Origin: Rebecca billardiae RCC1528
Taxonomy: Eukaryota > Protista > Haptophyta
NCBI GenBank assembly: GCA_965240325.2
Contig: OZ251224.1
Location: 4,216,001 to 4,280,000 of the forward strand
Length of the DNA: 64,000 bases
Direction: 5' to 3'
In this document: positions 58,738 through 64,000 of the stretch, one piece after another
Layout: each line of letters opens with the position of its first letter
Position numbering within the stretch: the stretch's first letter is position 1
Notes under the pieces: generated by a model
The model's database searches: none
What the model was told of the DNA's origin: nothing
The model's input: the letters and a program-made list of their open reading frames with translations, nothing else
Translations under genes and position numbers: made by a program

Positions 58738-59166
58738 ATGGCACCGCTGCGCTGTGATGACGACGCGGAGGATGCGCTCGGTGGGCACAGCGTCCCGCAC
58801 GGCATCCCACCCCGCACGTTGCTCGCCCCACGGGCCGCAGCCAAGGCCGACAGCCACTCCACGGGGATGGAGGACGGCGACGAGTTCGGCGGTCACAGTG
58901 TTCCCATCTCGACAAAAGCAAACGGTGCCATGGCTCATCTGGACGGTCTCACGAACGATTCGGCCGTCCTTGGAGGGCACAGCGTCCCGCATGGCGACCG
59001 CCACCGCACGCTACTTGCTCCCCGCGCGGCAGGCCAGCTGGACGGCCACTCCGCGGAGTTTGACTACTGCGACGAGCTCGGTGGTCACAGCGTCCCCGTC
59101 TCGGCGAAGGTGAAGGGGGTGATGGCGCACCCAGACGGCCTCGCAGGCATTGTTGCCGGCAGTTAA
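58738..59166 (+). CDS. 142-aa internal-repeat peptide with four GGHSVP motifs (2 x 64-aa unit), function unknown
   Basis: ATG start; 192-bp tandem duplication; GGHSVP codons differ only at synonymous positions among the four copies. Confidence 0.65.
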   Translation: MAPLRCDDDAEDALGGHSVPHGIPPRTLLAPRAAAKADSHSTGMEDGDEFGGHSVPISTKANGAMAHLDGLTNDSAVLGGHSVPHGDRHRTLLAPRAAGQLDGHSAEFDYCDELGGHSVPVSAKVKGVMAHPDGLAGIVAGS

Positions 59167-60040
59167 AGGCCGGTCGTTGTGCCACCCGCGCATGGGCTCG
59201 GCGTGACGATGGTAGACCGGCGTGTTCCAAGACCACTGAGTAGGGCTCCCCCGCGCCGGTCCGCCCCAGGTGCGAGCCCGCATTATAGTACGCGATTCGC
59301 TCGGCAGTCAGCGGTCCGAATTCAGCGGGCTATTTAGTAACAGGCCGCCTGCGGATCGTGACGACAGTACGACTCGCTCGCCTAGTCGCCTTACTACTAG
59401 TACGCCCAATGCATCGTCGATCACTGGCCAGCCACTCGGCCGCACCGAGTGTCAGTGAGTCCGAGACTCCGCCGGCGACGCGCGGCCGGGGCCCCGGTGA
59501 CGCGGCGGGCCGCCCGACTAGTGGCGGGCGTTCGGCCAGCCGACTCGGGCGACTGTGACGCACGAGTTGACCGTATAGTCACGCAGGTGAGCGGTGCGGC
59601 ATATATGATATGCCGCGCCCGCGCCCCGCGGGCGCCGCCCGGCCGCCGCCGGGGCCCGGACGCGCCGCGCGGCCCCCGCGCGCACGGCGGACGCCGCCGG
59701 CCTGGCGCGCCCCGGTGGCGGCCCGTCAGCCGTGCAGAGTCCTGCCGCGGGCCGCGGAGATCGACTCGCGTGAGGGCTCCGAGTAGTCCGCGCCATAGGT
59801 CCACAGTGGCACGACTCGCGTTTGTCAGTGGACCATCTGGTCTTCATGGAGTCGGTGCACGGCGCCGGTGCCAGTGCCTCTGCCACTGCTTCTGTGGGTC
59901 ATGATGCGGGAATCCGATGCGCTGGGAGCCGTGCAGCGTGTCTCTGAAGGCGCGGGCACTTGATGCGCATGCAGCACTGAGCAGGCAGCATAGAATCAGA
60001 GGAACCAGGCGCCATCGCGAGGATGCCCGGAGCATCGCCG

Positions 60041-60682
60041 TCACGCCGTTCCTGAGCGCGGCTCGGCGGGGCCGCCGTCGGCCGAGCTCAACGCGTAGAC
60101 GTAGATCTTGCTGGACACGTCAGGCGACAGCACCGACGTGGTGACGTGTGGCTCGAGCAACGGCTGCCCTAGTATGGGCATCGCGTATGCGTTCGACACC
60201 ACAATACTGCGGGGAGGTAGCTCGGCGCGCAGCTTGCGCCCGAGGCGCTCCATGATTGGCGGCACGCCGTAGACCACGACAATATCTGCGTCGCTCATGT
60301 CTGCGGTCCACAGGCTCTGCCATCGCACAGACTCGCGTTCAGCGCCGGCACTGCGAGCCAGGGACACGGCGCACAGGAACGGGTTGATCTCGTAGCCCGT
60401 GGCACGTCCGAAACCCGCTTGGCGCGCGGCGCGCAGCACGCTCCCATCGCCGCTGCCCAGGTCGACGAGGTGCATCGCATCGACGGGCTTGCCGACGTGT
60501 TTCAAGACGGCGCTGTGGTGTGTCAGCAGCCCGCTGTCGCCGAAAAGTGCGCGCAGCTTCCGAGCGGCCGTGGGAACGAATGGAGCGCCCTGCCTGCGGA
60601 GCGCGGCCACGAATGACCAACCGAGCACCACGTTGGCTGACACCATGCCATACAGCAACGCGTCCACCATGCTGGACGCCAT
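60041..60682 (-). CDS. FAM173-like (ANTKMT/ATPSCKMT) class I SAM-dependent lysine methyltransferase
   Basis: N-terminal TM followed by APFVPT, VDLGSGDG, GYEINP, VVVYG...M..L..KL..EL, VVSNAY. Confidence 0.85.
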   Translation of the reverse strand: MASSMVDALLYGMVSANVVLGWSFVAALRRQGAPFVPTAARKLRALFGDSGLLTHHSAVLKHVGKPVDAMHLVDLGSGDGSVLRAARQAGFGRATGYEINPFLCAVSLARSAGAERESVRWQSLWTADMSDADIVVVYGVPPIMERLGRKLRAELPPRSIVVSNAYAMPILGQPLLEPHVTTSVLSPDVSSKIYVYALSSADGGPAEPRSGTA

Positions 60683-61180
60683 CCGGTGCTGGCGGGTGCA
60701 CGCAATTTGCACCGGAAATAAAAACCCACCGAAAACCAGGTGCTCTCCCGACGGTTACTCGTCAACGGCCGCCCGACCCGTCGACACGCAAGGTCTAGGA
60801 TCACGATGGTGACGTCGTCTCATCCGGTTTCGTGTCGCGATTTCGACGGTCTGAGGCGCAACCTTTCAGACCGACAGCCGAAGTGCGTGTATCCATGACA
60901 TGATAGATATATGCGTAAATGCAGTGCCACCTTGCCGCGCCGCAGCCCCTCGATGCAATCCCCGCGCGTCGAATCGTCTGATGGGCCGCGGCCGCCGTTC
61001 CCGTGCAGTGAGCTGAGCTCCGAGCGCGCCGGGCAGCTCGGCCCGACTGCAGGCCGCCGTCAGGTCTGACAAAGCCGCACACGAGTGTCAATAGCTTAGC
61101 GCCGCGCCGACACCATCGCCCGTACGAGGCGAAGAGCCGCGGACGGCGTGCATGCGCACCACGCCACCAGCGCGTCGCCC

Positions 61181-62207
61181 CTACCCCTGCGCCGGCTGAC
61201 CTCCGGCTTGCTTCTGCGCACGGCGGGCGCGCGCGCACGCGGGAGCGGCGGGCGGCGGGCGTGAGCGACGGGCCGCGGGTGGCGCGCGCTGCCGTGCGCA
61301 CTCGGGCGCACCTGGATGGGCAAGAAGAGTTTGAACTCGGGAGGCAGCTCCTCCTCCGAGTACAGCCGGTCCGAGAAGTAGATCCGGCGGATGCGGCAGT
61401 TCGCGTGGATCTGCACGCGCAGCGTCTCAATGTAGTTGGTGCCGTACGCGCGCCGCGTGAAGTCGCTCAGGTTGAACTGGATCTGATTCCAGCCCTCGTC
61501 GAGCCGCATCGGCATCGTGCAGATGAACGGCTTCACGCGCGTGGTCGACTGGTAGTTCGAGGCGCGGAAGCGGCGGCGCACGTTCTTGTCGTCCAGAACG
61601 GTCACCTCGAACGTGAAGTACTTCTTCAACTGCGCGCGCGCCCGGCGCAGCACGAGCAGGGCGCGTGAGCGCGCGGGCCGGCCGCCAGCAGCGCCAGCGG
61701 GTAACTGACTCAACCGAAGCCGGCCGCGCCGCGCCGCGCGCGCGCGCGCGCCACGCGGCGAGCGCCGCGCGGGCAGCGAGACGGTGCGCGGTGCGCAGTG
61801 CGCGGCGAGGCGGCGCGCCGCGCGCGCCCCGCGAGCGCGCACGTTCTTGATGATCATCACGAGGAACGGCAGCTTGATGCCCAGCGTCTCCTTGGCGTTG
61901 GCGGGGCACGAGATGAACGTGGTCGAGATGTTGGTCGACATGATCTCGAGCACAGAGGACTGGATGTCGTTGTCCGTGATGCGCTTGATGTGCCCATTTT
62001 TGACCTCCTTATCCCAGATCTGCAACGGCTTGCTCCTGCGCGCGCCGGGCACGCGGCACGGCCCGGCGACGTGGTGAGCACTCGCAGCGCGCACGAGCCA
62101 CTGCGCTGCCGCTGACCCGCGCTCCCATGCGCGCGCGCGCGTGTGTGCACGCACCCGATACTGTAGAGGATGCTCAAGAACCCCGATTGGAATGTGTTCT
62201 TAAACAT
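61181..62207 (-). CDS. CFAP20: Cilia- and flagella-associated protein 20 (BUG22); introns 62036-62154, 61630-61842, 61214-61311
   Basis: [27 protein letters not shown]...[11 protein letters not shown]...[30 protein letters not shown]. Confidence 0.98.
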
Positions 62208-62620
62208 TGTGCGCCTGCAGAGCGCGCGGTTGCCGCAAGGGGTACGGGGGCACGGAGCGCGTGACGACGCGGCGCGTGTGACGGCAGCAAGCCTTGCGCG
62301 CCGCACACGCACACGCGCCAGCGCCTGCTGCCGCTCCGCCGCACAGGCCGCGTGCGACGGAGCGGTGCCGCATGCGCTCTCGGCTCACATGCCACGCCGG
62401 CGTCGGGCACGCGCGCCGCGCGAGCGTCGCCGCGCGCACAATGCGCGCTCCCCGGCGAGCTCGCTTTGAAGCTCCGCCTTGGAGTCAGCCACCCTGCGCT
62501 AAGCTCTGTGCTGGTGACAACAGCTGGCCCAAGAAACGGTGACGTCCGGGCGCCGAGTCCGGATGCACGACACCCGCGCCTCATCGAGTCGCGACCACCA
62601 TCGCGGTCTCGGCGCGGCAA

Positions 62621-62940
62621 ATGTCGATGCTCAGGGCGAACCTGCAATCGTTCCTCCTCGGCGCCGTGGGCTCGTTCGGCGCCGGCTACTACTTCCTCCA
62701 CCAGGACATCTGGCGCTCGGCCGATCTCCTCGGCGAGAGCCTCGGCTCCATGATCACCGAGGCGCGCGGGAAGAGCGCAGCGCTCGAGAAGCGCGTGGCC
62801 AAGCTGGAGGCGGAGGTGGCTGCGCTCAAGGTGCGCGCCAGCGCACGCGCCGAGGGCGCGGTGTGGCGTGCCCCACGCGCTCATGCTCCGACCGCTCCCT
62901 CTGTGGCGCCCCCCTTCCGCGGCGGCAGGCAAAGCGCTGA
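62621..62940 (+). CDS. Small single-TM + coiled-coil protein (73 aa); intron 62831-62928
   Basis: TM FLLGAVGSFGAGYYFL; heptads ALEKRVAKLEAEVAALK; typical GTGCGC...GCAG intron, then AKR-stop. Confidence 0.7.
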
Positions 62941-63778
62941 CGGCCCCAGCTCGGCGTCCGCACGCCCGCGCGCGAGACGGTGGGCTCACTAGTGTCCGAT
63001 GCTGCGCGCTCGCACTGGACAAGCGGCACGCGGCCTCGGCGCACCTTCCTCAGCTGGGCAGTGGGGTCGGAGGTTGCCGATGCACACGCCTGCCGTGGTT
63101 CGCAAGCTTGCGTTCGCGCCTCCATCGCGCGGGGCGAGGCGCAACGCTGCGTGCGCGTGACACGCAGGCACTATCATAGGCACTCACTATCATGTAGGCA
63201 GCCTCCGGCGCGCCCGCGCCGGCACTGTCCTGACCTGGCACCCGGCAGCCGCGGCAGCCTGACCAAACACCCGGGCGAACTACTGCCGTCAGCGTGAGTA
63301 TTTAATATTTTAAAATTTATTATATTTTATAATAGCATTGTCAGTGCAGGCAGCAAATGCACTGCTGCCCGAGGCGAGTTCCGACTTTAGACTCAGTAAT
63401 TAATTCATCCGGCGTGCCCGCAGTATCGCCAGTCAGCATCGGTAAAGTAAACGTATATGAGGCGTATTTACTCATTACTCTATATATATATAGCTAGCGC
63501 CGTCAGCATCATTCATCACGCGCGGTGTCGGTGACCGCGAATTTCAATTTGACTGGCGGCACCATCACTCCGTGACTCGACTCAGACTGAACGGCGACTG
63601 ACTCGGCAGACGGTCGTCGCACCGGTTGCCGATTGACATCGGTCATTCCGAATGCCCATCATCGTCGCGACTGCGACATCACTCATCAGCAGTCATCACT
63701 CACATCAGCGCCAGACAGTGTCAGTGACGGACCGCTCCGCATCGCAGGCCATCGGCGTCTATAGACTAATTCTATGAT

Positions 63779-64000
63779 TTAAAGACACAGGCACGAGGGC
63801 GCAGCTCTCCTGATTCGTCTGTCGAAGTACTGATTGGAGACAGAGGGTGTTGAGCGCGTTGGCCGCGGGTGAGGACCTAGTCGTCGCCGATGCTGATCAC
63901 ACGGAGGCAGTAGGTGCCCAGGGATGCCGCTGAAGTATTTGCAGTCGTCGCCGGCCTTGGTCATCATGTACTTGTACGCGTCGACGTTCCGAGGCCGTGT
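63779..64000 (-). CDS. Possible 3' end of a gene running off the window
   Basis: Open frame with coding-like sequence (NVDAYKYMMTKAGDDCKYFSGIPG) reaching the window edge. Confidence 0.35.
   Translation of the reverse strand, partial: TRPRNVDAYKYMMTKAGDDCKYFSGIPGHLLPPCDQHRRRLGPHPRPTRSTPSVSNQYFDRRIRRAAPSCLCL

Noticed and set aside
58738-60682. GGHSVP peptide + adjacent methyltransferase as a RiPP cluster
   Set aside because: The methyltransferase has FAM173-type features (mitochondrial protein lysine methylation), so nothing beyond adjacency links them.

Overview
Eukaryotic, very GC-rich genomic DNA with short CG-rich spliceosomal introns (donor consensus GTGCGC, acceptor CGCAG). The style, together with a plastid TPT carrying a bipartite presequence and flagellar genes, suggests a secondary-plastid flagellated alga, probably a haptophyte such as Pavlovales (inference). 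Most long Arg/Ala-rich ORFs in the supplied track are artefacts of the GC content. About 20 real genes can be reconstructed: PLB1-like lipase, AMT ammonium transporter, Sfi1-like protein, Sel1-MYND protein, PAS-REC-HET-like protein, SLC35F6-like transporter, zgc:113208-family protein, beta-carbonic anhydrase, Cu type II monooxygenase, F-box/RCC1 protein, RLP24, plastid TPT, a repeat-domain membrane protein, malic enzyme, PIH1 protein, a GGHSVP-repeat peptide, FAM173-like methyltransferase, CFAP20 and small membrane proteins. They are interspersed with non-autonomous inverted-repeat transposons, one of which has ~730-bp arms and a 4-bp TSD. The most interesting items are: (1) a 9-exon PAS + response-regulator + HET-like + EF-hand-like protein, rebuilt through an 18-nt micro-exon and a GC-AG intron; (2) a neighbouring Sel1 array that varies combinatorially only at helix-A positions; (3) a small ORF with four GGHSVP motifs conserved through synonymous changes.
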